Source: Escherichia coli
GTDB lineage: Bacteria; Pseudomonadota; Gammaproteobacteria; Enterobacterales; Enterobacteriaceae
NCBI RefSeq assembly: GCF_024223415.1
Contig: NZ_CP100500.1
DNA length: 64,000 nucleotides
Strand: one strand, 5' to 3'
Each line of letters starts with the position of its first letter. Within the stretch, counting starts at the first letter, position 1. The notes beneath the pieces are model-generated. The model was given only the letters and a program-made list of their open reading frames with translations. It did not search any database and was not told where the DNA came from. A program made the translations under genes and the position numbers. Below are positions 1-8,802 of the stretch, in pieces.

Positions 1-170
1 CCCTCACTGTCCAGCACCGGCGTACTGTTCAGCAGCACACTTTTTAATCCGTCCACCGGACCTTCAACCGGCCCTTCACTGATGGCGTCTATCACGCTCA
101 GCATCTGGGATGATTTCAGGTTGTCCTTCGCTTCGCGCGGGGTATGCCCCTTACTGCTGCCTTTACCCAT
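1..170 (-). CDS. J: Tail tip/host specificity protein J, N-terminal 56 codons (truncated by window edge)
   Basis: Reverse-strand translation from ATG at 170-168 gives MGKGSSKGHTPREAKDNLKS..., matching lambda gpJ N-terminus as recalled. Confidence 0.75.
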   Translation of the reverse strand, partial: MGKGSSKGHTPREAKDNLKSSQMLSVIDAISEGPVEGPVDGLKSVLLNSTPVLDSE

Positions 171-230
171 TCCTCACGCTCCAGAAACGACAAAACCGCC
201 CTGAGGCGGTTTCACATAAAACGTTTTTCA

Positions 231-878
231 TCAACGACCAATCACCACAACCTGACCACCGTCCCCCTCGTCTGCCGTGCTGATCTCCTGAGAAGCCACC
301 CGCGACCCCACGCGCATTTCACCGTACAGAACCGGCAGAACATTGCCCTGAGCAACCATGTTATCCAGTGAGGAGAAATAGGTGTTCTGTTTGCCGTTAT
401 CTGTACTGGCTGCCGTGGGCGTCCTGGCTTTCGGTGCCAGCATCTGCGCCACACCGCCCAGGATCATACTGGCCCCTGCCGCATACATGCCCGATACAGC
501 CGCGGCACCCAGCCAGCCCACAGGGTTCCACCATGCCACCGCAATCAACGCCGCCCCCAGCACCACCTGAAATACACCGCCACTTTTAGCCCCCGCCAGA
601 CGCGGCACGATATGGATCACGGCACCATTTGCCAGCGGCTCATTAAGACGGGCAGATAATTCGGTTTCACCTGCATCACGCCCGGCAATGCGCACCTGAT
701 ACCAGCCATCATTCAGTTTCTGACGAAACGCCGGGACCTGTGTGGACAGCGCCCGGATGGCTTCAGCCCCCGTTTTCACACGAAGGTCGATGCGGCGGCC
801 AAATCGTTGTAAATCCCCGTAAAGGCAGATGCGTGCCATGCCCGGTGACGCCAGAGGGAGTGTGTGCGTCGCTGCCAT
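231..878 (-). CDS. I: Tail assembly protein I
   Basis: 215 aa; MAATHTLPLASPGMARICLYGDLQRFGRRIDL... and C-terminal NGKQNTYFSSLDNMVAQGNVLPVLYGEMRVG near-identical to lambda gpI as recalled. Confidence 0.9.
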   Translation of the reverse strand: MAATHTLPLASPGMARICLYGDLQRFGRRIDLRVKTGAEAIRALSTQVPAFRQKLNDGWYQVRIAGRDAGETELSARLNEPLANGAVIHIVPRLAGAKSGGVFQVVLGAALIAVAWWNPVGWLGAAAVSGMYAAGASMILGGVAQMLAPKARTPTAASTDNGKQNTYFSSLDNMVAQGNVLPVLYGEMRVGSRVASQEISTADEGDGGQVVVIGR

Positions 879-1519
879 TTGTCGGTATACCTCTCTCGTT
901 TACTCAGTTGTTCAGGAATATGGTGCAGCAGCTCGCCGTCACCACAGTAAATAGCGGCATGATTCGGCACCGATGAACCAAAACAGCACAGCAGCACATC
1001 GCCCGGCTGCGCCGCTGACAACGGCACCTGATATAGCCCCGTTGCCTCCAGATTATCCAGATAGAGATTCTGACCGTGACGCCACCAGTCATCCTCACGA
1101 TGAAAATCCGGCATCTCAATCCCCGCCAGATGGTAAGCATCCCGGAACAGCGTGTAACAGTCCGTCACCCCGTGCTCAAAGCGCCGCCCGGTGAGATGCG
1201 GCACACAGCGGAATTTATGAATCTCACCCCGGCAGACCAGCCACCACGGCAAATCACTCTGCACCTGCAGCCGCCGGTCGGCCTCACTCAGCCAGGGCAG
1301 ACCACCGGGGTGGCTGTGGACCAGCGCCACAATCTCACCCTGCATCTCTGCCCGCAGCCAGTCCTCCGGCGACATCCGGAAATACGCCTCCGGCTCACCG
1401 GAGATATTCACGCAGGGAAAATATCTTTCCCCCTCCGGTGTTCTCACCACGAAGCCGCACGACTCCGCTGGCGCACATCGCCGGGCGTGCGCCAGAATCG
1501 CTGATTCTGTCTGTGTCAT
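776..1519 (-). CDS. K: Tail assembly protein K (NlpC/P60 + JAB-like)
   Basis: From internal Met MTQTESAILAHARRCAPAESCGF...; near-identical to lambda gpK; ORF extends upstream to 1594 but lambda-like start is at 1519. Confidence 0.9.
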   Translation of the reverse strand: MTQTESAILAHARRCAPAESCGFVVRTPEGERYFPCVNISGEPEAYFRMSPEDWLRAEMQGEIVALVHSHPGGLPWLSEADRRLQVQSDLPWWLVCRGEIHKFRCVPHLTGRRFEHGVTDCYTLFRDAYHLAGIEMPDFHREDDWWRHGQNLYLDNLEATGLYQVPLSAAQPGDVLLCCFGSSVPNHAAIYCGDGELLHHIPEQLSKRERYTDKWQRRTHSLWRHRAWHASAFTGIYNDLAAASTFV

Positions 1520-1523
1520 GGGA

Positions 1524-2222
1524 TTACTGCGAAAGTTTGTTAATGGAAAGGAAGCCGCCAAAGTTGCCGACGTTATTGCGAAACTTACAACCACTCAGGC
1601 ATTTGCTGCATTTATCCTTCGTGATATCGGACGTCGGCTGGTCATATTCATCAGCGACAGCCGGACCGCTATAACCGCACTCATCACCGCGATAGGTCCA
1701 GGTGCAGGTGTTGGCCAGCATGATGCGCCCCGGAAAAACAGCACCATCCGTTTCCGTCGGTGTGGAGAGCACAAAGGAGGCACTGACCGCACTCAGTTCG
1801 CTGCACTGCTCGATGCGCCAGCGGCTGATCACCTCCTGCTCCGGATCGGCGTCACTGTTTCCGTTGACGAAGTTCACCGCATCCAGAAAACGGGCGTAAA
1901 CCTTACGCCGGACCACCGTTCCTCCGACCAGACTCTGCAGGTCTTCCGCCATCCCGGTGACCATGCCGTGCAGGTTAGAAACCGTCAGTGTCGGACGGGC
2001 AGCACTGCCTTTGCCGTTCAGTTCAAATCCCGTCCCCTGAATGGGATACGCCTGATACTGTCGCCTCTGCCAGGTGACCGGCTCACCTTTATCGTTCTGC
2101 TCATTACAGAAAAAATAACGTTCTCCACCGACCACTGTCAGATCGATTTCCCAGAGCACCACCTGGGCTGACTGAGTGAGGCGTGTCGTCTCATGATGTG
2201 TTTCCTGTGGAATATCCTGCAT
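1524..2222 (-). CDS. L: Minor tail protein L
   Basis: 232 aa, MQDIPQETHHETTRLTQSAQVVLWEIDLT...; lambda gpL-like including C-terminal Cys cluster CSKCLSGCKF. Confidence 0.9.
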   Translation of the reverse strand: MQDIPQETHHETTRLTQSAQVVLWEIDLTVVGGERYFFCNEQNDKGEPVTWQRRQYQAYPIQGTGFELNGKGSAARPTLTVSNLHGMVTGMAEDLQSLVGGTVVRRKVYARFLDAVNFVNGNSDADPEQEVISRWRIEQCSELSAVSASFVLSTPTETDGAVFPGRIMLANTCTWTYRGDECGYSGPAVADEYDQPTSDITKDKCSKCLSGCKFRNNVGNFGGFLSINKLSQ

Positions 2223-2231
2223 CAGAGACTC

Positions 2232-2561
2232 CTATGCCACGACCTGTTCAAAATCTGCCGTTATGGTTACCCACAACGCCCCCACGCTTGCCGACCATTT
2301 ACGACAAACCACCCTGATCGGCTTCCAGTCATAAGGTGGCGTCCACTGAAATGCGCGGACGCCACCGTGCCGTTCCAGAAAGGCTTTTAAAGATGGGTGT
2401 TCACATTTACGAACACGTATCGTCACGCTGTAAATCGACAACTGGTTATTCAGTCCCGCCGCACGACGCTGTTCATAACCATCGCCCAGCTTCACTGTCA
2501 CCACTTTCGGCTCTGATACCACATTCATATCCGGGCGCACTTTCCAGTGAAACGTCTCCAT
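2232..2561 (-). CDS. M: Minor tail protein M
   Basis: 109 aa ORF at the lambda M position between L and H. Confidence 0.8.
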   Translation of the reverse strand: METFHWKVRPDMNVVSEPKVVTVKLGDGYEQRRAAGLNNQLSIYSVTIRVRKCEHPSLKAFLERHGGVRAFQWTPPYDWKPIRVVCRKWSASVGALWVTITADFEQVVA

Positions 2562-5500
2562 TACCGATATGCTCCACTTAACCGACCACCATCACGGGCC
2601 TGCTGTTGCATAAAGTCCGCTGCCGCTTTTTTCCCAAGGTCATAAACCACCTTCAGGGCAGCCGGACCTATCTGCCCGTTCGTGCCATCGTTATTGATCT
2701 CGATGTTGTACTGCGGGGCAAACATCGCCATACCTGAACCACCAATATCCGCCACAACCCCCAGCTTACCGTCAGCACCACGACGCAGTGGCAGAATGGC
2801 TTCAGGTCCAGCTTCCCCCATCACACCCGCGCCTTTTGCAAAAGCAAAAAACGTCGGACGGTTAACCACCGTGCCACTGTAACGACTCAAATCAGCAGAC
2901 TGATAAATCCCCCCATTGGCATTCAGGGAAAGGCTGCTGAGATCAAATCCCAGTACACTGCCAATCCCTTTTATCGATTTCATCATGGTTGCCTGCGCCA
3001 GGATTTTCGCCATATCTGACAGCACCGAAGAGGTGAAGGATTTGAAGTTGAGTTTGCCGGTAGTGACAAAAGTTGCCAGGCCATTTCCCATGTTGCTGAA
3101 GGCTGATGAGAACACCTGTTCTGCTGTTCCTGCCGTATTGTCTGCATCCACGGTAAAATCCTGAAATGCACGCAGGACTCCGTTTTTCCAGTTACCCTGC
3201 ACAACTTCAAGCTGTTGCCAGTAACGGCGATTCTCATTCAGTTGTCGGTTCAGGCTCTCCGTCAGCGCCTGCTCGGCCTTTCTGTAGTCATCCGTGTTAT
3301 ATGTCCCTTTCTGCTCACTATCCCGCCTCAACTGCTCCAGCTGTTGCTGGTATTTCTGGCGAAGACTCAGTTGTACCTGATATCGCTGCCGCTGCTGATC
3401 ACCCATACCCACCGTGGCGATATCCAGGTCATGTTGCTGACGCTGAGCGCGCTCTTCTTCAGCCAGTTGACTGGTCAGCTGAATTGTTTTTTTCTTCAGA
3501 TCGTTGAGTGCCGTTTGTTTCTGAAGCTCCTGCTGTTTTACATCCAGCAGCGTCAGTGCCTGAATCAGTTCATCTTTACGGGCCAGCACACTCTTTTCAT
3601 CTGCCGTCAGTTTTTTCCCGTCCAGGTCGCTGATGCGCTGCTGCAGAGCCAGAAGCTGTTTATGCGCTTCTGTCATCCTGTCAGTGGCAATGCCTGCTGA
3701 CTGTCTGGCAGCAGCAATCTGCCCTTCCACCTGTGCCTGTTGCTGGCTGTACTGCAGCAATAACCGGGTGGCCTCATCATTACGGGTTTCGCGTGTTTTT
3801 TTCTTACCGGATGCCAGGGCTTTCTCGTAACGTTCATTTTCACGTTGTATCGCCGCATCCCTGACAGCCTGATCGGCGTACTGCATGGCATTAATACGCG
3901 CAATTTCACGCTGATGTCGTGCTGCTTCCGTTTCATTCATCCGGTTCAGTGCAGCATTTTCAGCATTACGGCGTTTCTGTTGCTCCTGATAATTCCGCTC
4001 TGCCTGCTCTTTTGCATCCTGCAAATCCTTCTGGCGTTTTTTCTCCTGAAGCTCGTTAAGACGCTGCTGATCGTATTCAACCTGAGAAGATGATGCCGTC
4101 CAGGGGAGTCTTTTCGCCCGCGATACTTTCTCCTGCAAAGTGGCAATCTGCGCATCCAGCGAATCTTCACGACCAATATTCATGGCCGCATCCCAGAACT
4201 GCTTCCACCAGTCAGACAAGGTTTGCAGCGTACTACCCAGCGCATTGAGGTTATTATCAATATCCGCAGTACGCCGACCGGTTTCCTCTGCCAGTGCAGA
4301 CATGGCTATCCGTGCCGCATCACTGGAGCGCCCCTGCTCTCCAAGGACGCGTATCTGCTCAAGCTGAGTGGCAGTAAGAAAATGCAGCTCATTGTCCAGA
4401 GCCTTCGCGGCATTTACAGGATCATCCTTCAGCCGCTTAAACTGATTTATGGTATCGCTGATCGACTGGCCAACCGATCGCTCCATCTGTGCGGCAGCTC
4501 TCGCCACCATACCGATATCGTTTCCACGAAATGCACCACTCCCCACCACCTGAGCCAGCGCACCGGCTGCAGCATGTTGCGTGATACCATTCCCGGAAAT
4601 AGCACGACTGAGCGTCCACAGCTGCCCGGCAGTGACTCCGGCATAATGCCCCGTCAGCGACAGCTGGCGGTTAAATTCTTCCCCCTCCTTCTGACCGTCA
4701 TACCAGGCTTTACCCAGACCATAGACGGCCGCGGTAATACCGCCAATAACCCCGCCCAGCATCATGCCTTTCGGTGACATCAGTGTGTCTATCCATCCGG
4801 CACGGTTAGCCAGCGTTATCCCGGATCCCCTCAGCGCCCCTAAATTGCCGCGGGCCAGTTCACCTATCAGAACGCCTATCTCCTGGCGGGCCGCTGCACT
4901 TTTCAGACCCAGCGAATGCGTGGCTTTTCCTGCCCGCTCCATTTTGCGGATATACACTTCTGCAGCACTGCTTACCCCCAGCTGGGCAGCCCTGGCACGA
5001 AGCAACTCAGAAGAAGAAAGATTCTGGCGGGTTGCCTGCTCTTTAAGCTGACGGATAAACGCCACTTTCTGTCGGGTAGCCTCTGCCTCAGCCTGCGTAA
5101 GAACACGGGTTTTCGCCGTAACCTCAGAAATCAGCGCCAGATAATCCTGCTGACCAATCCCGCCACTGTTTCTGGCCTGTCGGATCTGCTGCTGAATACG
5201 CTGTAACTCCTGCAACCCCGCACTGGCCTGTTTCACACTGTCAATCTGACGATAAAACGCGGCAGCCGCTTTATCCTGAGCCTCCGCCAGAGCCATGGCC
5301 TGCGCCTGTTCCTCGCGCATTTTCTGGCTCAGCGCCTCCATGCGCTGGCGGGTTTTCTCCACCTCGCGGGCCATGCGTTCATGAGCCTGTGCGTTCTTCT
5401 CCACCGTCTGCGCATGGACGGATGCGGCTGTTGCAGCCGAAGAAGCCGCCTGCGTTGTCTGCCGGGCGGCCTGAGTCTGACGCTCCATAAAACGCTGCAT

Positions 5501-5656
5501 ACGGGCAGAAGACCGTTCTGCATCGCTGGCTGCACCATTCAGAAGGTTTTTGATACGGGGAATTTCATTTTTAAATTCTGCCGCATCAATCCCCAAATCA
5601 ATGACCAGGTTGGCTATCTGGTCCATAACGCACACCTCCGGAAATACCTTCCCCAA
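2561..5656 (-). CDS. H: Tail tape measure protein H
   Basis: 1031 aa, long coiled-coil/Q- and A-rich central region, Gly-rich hydrophobic C-terminal segment; position between G/T and M. Confidence 0.85.
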   Translation of the reverse strand: MGKVFPEVCVMDQIANLVIDLGIDAAEFKNEIPRIKNLLNGAASDAERSSARMQRFMERQTQAARQTTQAASSAATAASVHAQTVEKNAQAHERMAREVEKTRQRMEALSQKMREEQAQAMALAEAQDKAAAAFYRQIDSVKQASAGLQELQRIQQQIRQARNSGGIGQQDYLALISEVTAKTRVLTQAEAEATRQKVAFIRQLKEQATRQNLSSSELLRARAAQLGVSSAAEVYIRKMERAGKATHSLGLKSAAARQEIGVLIGELARGNLGALRGSGITLANRAGWIDTLMSPKGMMLGGVIGGITAAVYGLGKAWYDGQKEGEEFNRQLSLTGHYAGVTAGQLWTLSRAISGNGITQHAAAGALAQVVGSGAFRGNDIGMVARAAAQMERSVGQSISDTINQFKRLKDDPVNAAKALDNELHFLTATQLEQIRVLGEQGRSSDAARIAMSALAEETGRRTADIDNNLNALGSTLQTLSDWWKQFWDAAMNIGREDSLDAQIATLQEKVSRAKRLPWTASSSQVEYDQQRLNELQEKKRQKDLQDAKEQAERNYQEQQKRRNAENAALNRMNETEAARHQREIARINAMQYADQAVRDAAIQRENERYEKALASGKKKTRETRNDEATRLLLQYSQQQAQVEGQIAAARQSAGIATDRMTEAHKQLLALQQRISDLDGKKLTADEKSVLARKDELIQALTLLDVKQQELQKQTALNDLKKKTIQLTSQLAEEERAQRQQHDLDIATVGMGDQQRQRYQVQLSLRQKYQQQLEQLRRDSEQKGTYNTDDYRKAEQALTESLNRQLNENRRYWQQLEVVQGNWKNGVLRAFQDFTVDADNTAGTAEQVFSSAFSNMGNGLATFVTTGKLNFKSFTSSVLSDMAKILAQATMMKSIKGIGSVLGFDLSSLSLNANGGIYQSADLSRYSGTVVNRPTFFAFAKGAGVMGEAGPEAILPLRRGADGKLGVVADIGGSGMAMFAPQYNIEINNDGTNGQIGPAALKVVYDLGKKAAADFMQQQARDGGRLSGAYR

Positions 5657-5927
5657 GATGCATCAGTTCTTCGTCCGTTCGCTCCGGTATCCCGTTCTCT
5701 TCCGGTAAAAGGCTGAAATCAGCCACCGCAGCATCACTGCTGCCGGACACCATTCTCACGATCAATGCCTTCAGCGAGGCAAACTGCGCATCCATCCACA
5801 CATCACTGAAGCTCTGCATCCGGAAATAATCGCCCCACTCACCAAGCTCAGTGGCCGACATTTCCGACAGCATCCGCCGCCAGTCTGCCCGCCTGAACTC
5901 CCGGGCAAGCCGCATGACAAACTGCAT
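5598..5927 (-). CDS. T: Tail assembly chaperone T-frame segment (probable G-T fusion by -1 frameshift)
   Basis: 109 aa ORF in -1 frame relative to G, overlapping start of H; lambda G/GT arrangement. Confidence 0.6.
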   Translation of the reverse strand: MQFVMRLAREFRRADWRRMLSEMSATELGEWGDYFRMQSFSDVWMDAQFASLKALIVRMVSGSSDAAVADFSLLPEENGIPERTDEELMHLGEGISGGVRYGPDSQPGH

Positions 5928-5935
5928 TTCCCGCG

Positions 5936-6364
5936 TCAGGACTTTTCCGGCGTCAGCACCTCATGCTCCAAATCCCCGACATTCTCAATGGCTCCCATAC
6001 CGCTCAGCGACAGAACCATCTCCGCCCCCGCTCCCAGGGCATCATACGACCATGTTGTAATAACGGATGCGCAAAGCGTCTCAACATCCTGAGACTGTTC
6101 CGCATTCCACAGTGAGCGGGAAACCAGCCAGGCATTGATATCCATCCCCATCCGTAGAAAAGCAATCTGTCGTTCAGCCTCCGGCAGTTCTCCCTCTTCG
6201 GCATCAAACTTTGCCGTTCGCTGCTGAACAAACGCCAGATATTCAATTCTCTGCAGCCCGGACAGCTCACTGAGCACCACGGACTGCTTTTCATAATTAA
6301 ACGTGCCCTGTTTCAGAAACATCATGTTCTCCACCTGCAAAAAAGCCCCGGATAATCGGGGCAA
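5936..6364 (-). CDS. G: Tail assembly chaperone G
   Basis: 142 aa acidic protein directly downstream of V; ends ...HEVLTPEKS just before T frame. Confidence 0.7.
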   Translation of the reverse strand: MPRLSGAFLQVENMMFLKQGTFNYEKQSVVLSELSGLQRIEYLAFVQQRTAKFDAEEGELPEAERQIAFLRMGMDINAWLVSRSLWNAEQSQDVETLCASVITTWSYDALGAGAEMVLSLSGMGAIENVGDLEHEVLTPEKS

Positions 6365-6382
6365 ATGATGAGTATCGTCCTG

Positions 6383-7126
6383 TTAACCTGCGGCGCTGAC
6401 GGCCACCGTAGCCACTGCCACAAAATCGCCGTCAGAAGTCATGCCCACAATGCTGACACTGCCCTGCTTCACGCCTTTCACCGTGACCACAAGCCCGTTC
6501 AGGGTCACCGTGGCAGTCTGTGGATCTGTCGAATGCACACTGATCGCTTTGTCACTGGCTCCGTCAGGTTTTACTGTAAAGGTCAGCGTGGTGGTTGCTC
6601 CCACTTTTACACTGGCAGATGCCGGTGCCACCGTCAGCCCGGTAACGCCCACGATTTCAGTGCCTTCTTCTGCCAGATACGGACGCCCCACACCGCTGAT
6701 TTTCACTGTGCGGGTCATCACGTCTTTTGAGGCAATGGTTTTACCCAGTGAACTCAGCCAGCCACGGAAAACATCAACAGTACCGTTGGGATATTTGATA
6801 CGAAACGCGCAGACTTCACCGGAGTCGAACAACTGAACCAGTTTTTTCTGCCCGCTGTCACCCGGACGCCAGGCCAGCGTCGCCGAAGTATCACCGACGG
6901 ATTTCTGCCCCTGGGTTGTCGTTTTCCAGTCTGCATCTTCATCATCGAGATAAGTGTCATCTTCTGCATCAGCGGTCATTTCGCCAGGCTGCAGATCCTT
7001 CACCATCGCAAGACGCAGCCAGTCAGTGTCCGATAAAGGGTTCGCAAACGCATCGCCCTTGCCGGTGTACATCCAGAACGTCGTTCCCGCACCTTTCGTT
7101 TTTGCCAGTGGATTTGGTGTGGTCAT
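6383..7126 (-). CDS. V: Major tail protein V (with C-terminal Ig-like domain)
   Basis: From MTTPNPLAKTKGAGTTFWMYTGKGDAFANPLSD...; lambda gpV-like; C-terminal Big_2-like segment; ORF extends upstream to 7201. Confidence 0.85.
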   Translation of the reverse strand: MTTPNPLAKTKGAGTTFWMYTGKGDAFANPLSDTDWLRLAMVKDLQPGEMTADAEDDTYLDDEDADWKTTTQGQKSVGDTSATLAWRPGDSGQKKLVQLFDSGEVCAFRIKYPNGTVDVFRGWLSSLGKTIASKDVMTRTVKISGVGRPYLAEEGTEIVGVTGLTVAPASASVKVGATTTLTFTVKPDGASDKAISVHSTDPQTATVTLNGLVVTVKGVKQGSVSIVGMTSDGDFVAVATVAVSAAG

Positions 7127-7136
7127 TGCCACCTCC

Positions 7137-7550
7137 TTAATTCGTGTACGTGATCTGGTACGTGATTTCCGCCATCGCCCAGGTGGCCATCTCATTATCA
7201 CGTTGATAGTTAAAACCGAGTGGGATCAGGGTGTCGATGAGTCCGGAAAGTGCCGGTACATCATTCAGGGCCGGGAAAATGGTGCTCTCCATCCACATAT
7301 CCAGCTCTGAATCCGGTGCCTGTGCCCGGATGAAGACGGCAATATGCAGAACAGCCTGCCAGTCATCTTCATCCGTCATTTTTCCGGTGTACTGAGCATC
7401 ACTCAGCCACACCGCCACGGCAGGCAGTTCCTGCGCATCAATAAATGCCGGAAGCCCGTCAAAAAATGTGGCGCTGTCTCCACACTGTTCCCGAAGGCGT
7501 GCCAGTACGGCCTGGCGGATTTGTGTATGTCGGTTCATCGGGTCAGCCAT
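7137..7550 (-). CDS. U: Tail terminator protein U
   Basis: 137 aa at lambda U position between Z and V. Confidence 0.75.
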   Translation of the reverse strand: MADPMNRHTQIRQAVLARLREQCGDSATFFDGLPAFIDAQELPAVAVWLSDAQYTGKMTDEDDWQAVLHIAVFIRAQAPDSELDMWMESTIFPALNDVPALSGLIDTLIPLGFNYQRDNEMATWAMAEITYQITYTN

Positions 7551-8113
7551 AACCTCAGTTGTTGTTTCAGTGCATACCCCAGCTGTTTCGGCATTTCCGC
7601 AGCAATGATGCGCTCGCGGGCATCTTCAAATGCCTGTGTCAGCGGTCCGGACAGCGGGATTTTCACCACATCAATGGGGTAACGATTTTTGCCATCAATA
7701 CGCCGCATCACATGCCAGCGACCATTCGCCAGTTGCTGAATAAACGCATCCCGGAAAAGATATTTACCCACCTTCAGCACGCTGCCACGGTACTGCAGTT
7801 TTCCACCACGCCGGGCCAGTCTGACCCGGGCTGTCCCCAGCTTAATGGCGGGCAGATTGCCCCGGTTAACGCGGATCCTGGCCGTCATTTTTCCTGACGG
7901 ACTGGCTTTAAACACCCGGACACGCTGACGTACCAGTTTCAGGGGGATCCCTTTCACCTGGTTATCTCCCGCAACGGTATTCCCGGCAACCTGCCGGGTG
8001 GCAACCGAGACCGCTTTCTGTGCCACACGGTTTATCGCCCATGCGCTGGCCTGTGGCACCATACGGGTATCAAGGCTGTTCAGATTGCGGATGGCATTCT
8101 CAAGCCCCTTCAT
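7535..8113 (-). CDS. Z: Tail completion protein Z-like
   Basis: 192 aa basic protein at lambda Z position. Confidence 0.65.
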   Translation of the reverse strand: MKGLENAIRNLNSLDTRMVPQASAWAINRVAQKAVSVATRQVAGNTVAGDNQVKGIPLKLVRQRVRVFKASPSGKMTARIRVNRGNLPAIKLGTARVRLARRGGKLQYRGSVLKVGKYLFRDAFIQQLANGRWHVMRRIDGKNRYPIDVVKIPLSGPLTQAFEDARERIIAAEMPKQLGYALKQQLRLWLTR

Positions 8114-8124
8114 CCCACACCTCT

Positions 8125-8400
8125 TTACTCAATAAAGATCATTGGCTTACCGTTAAAGCGTTCATGCCGTGTGACCGTCCATTGTTGTCCGTCATAAACA
8201 ACGCGATCCCCGCGCCGTGGGCGGTATCCCGAAGAAAACACCACCAGAGAGACCGCAGGTCCGGACAGAGCATTCAGCTCTGCCAGTGTTTCTCCCGGGA
8301 TCACGGTCATATCGACATCATTAATCGAGGCTGTCTTTCCCATCTTTCTGACCGTGATAGCATCCATACGCGCTGCCAGCCGGGAAAAGGGATCAGACAT
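8125..8400 (-). CDS. Head-tail joining protein (FII-like)
   Basis: 91 aa ORF between head and tail modules; assignment by position. Confidence 0.45.
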   Translation of the reverse strand: MSDPFSRLAARMDAITVRKMGKTASINDVDMTVIPGETLAELNALSGPAVSLVVFSSGYRPRRGDRVVYDGQQWTVTRHERFNGKPMIFIE

Positions 8401-8716
8401 TGAGTTTTACCGGCACTTCTTCTGCACTGGTTCCGGCATCTGCCCAGACAACCCCGACCAGCGGATCAGAGCCGCTGTTAGTCAGCTGAACTTTTCCGGA
8501 CTTCAGATAAACCTTCTTACCCGTTTTCATGTCATCCGTTTTCAGCTTAGGCAGCATAAACACACCTTCGGTCATACCGTCGCCTGTTTCACCCTGTGGA
8601 ATATCGGTCAGCGCCACCGCAAAAACATCACCCACCTGCACCAGATCTCCGCTGCTGATGGCTGCACTGGCAACAATCGCCACCGTTTTTCCTTCTTCTA
8701 CAAAATTCTTTGCCAT
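8393..8716 (-). CDS. Small head-associated protein (decoration/DUF2190-like), start uncertain
   Basis: ORF downstream of capsid gene; start set at MAKNFVEEGK; family assignment tentative. Confidence 0.4.
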   Translation of the reverse strand: MAKNFVEEGKTVAIVASAAISSGDLVQVGDVFAVALTDIPQGETGDGMTEGVFMLPKLKTDDMKTGKKVYLKSGKVQLTNSGSDPLVGVVWADAGTSAEEVPVKLNV

Positions 8717-8802
8717 AACTGTCTCCACACAGCCCCGTTCAGGGGCTGATTTCAGGTACAAAAAAAGCCCTTACGGGCCATCAGAGTTGTTGTCTGCGAT
8801 GT

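Noticed and set aside
179-221. Stem-loop AAACCGCC-CTGA-GGCGGTTT between I and J
   Set aside because: Short intergenic hairpin without a clear T-tract; likely an mRNA structure or attenuator within the tail operon, not a separate feature.
3215-3700. Plus-strand ORFs (for example 3215-3700, 4223-4777) inside the tape-measure gene
   Set aside because: Antisense frames within a long repetitive coiled-coil gene; no RBS or family signal.
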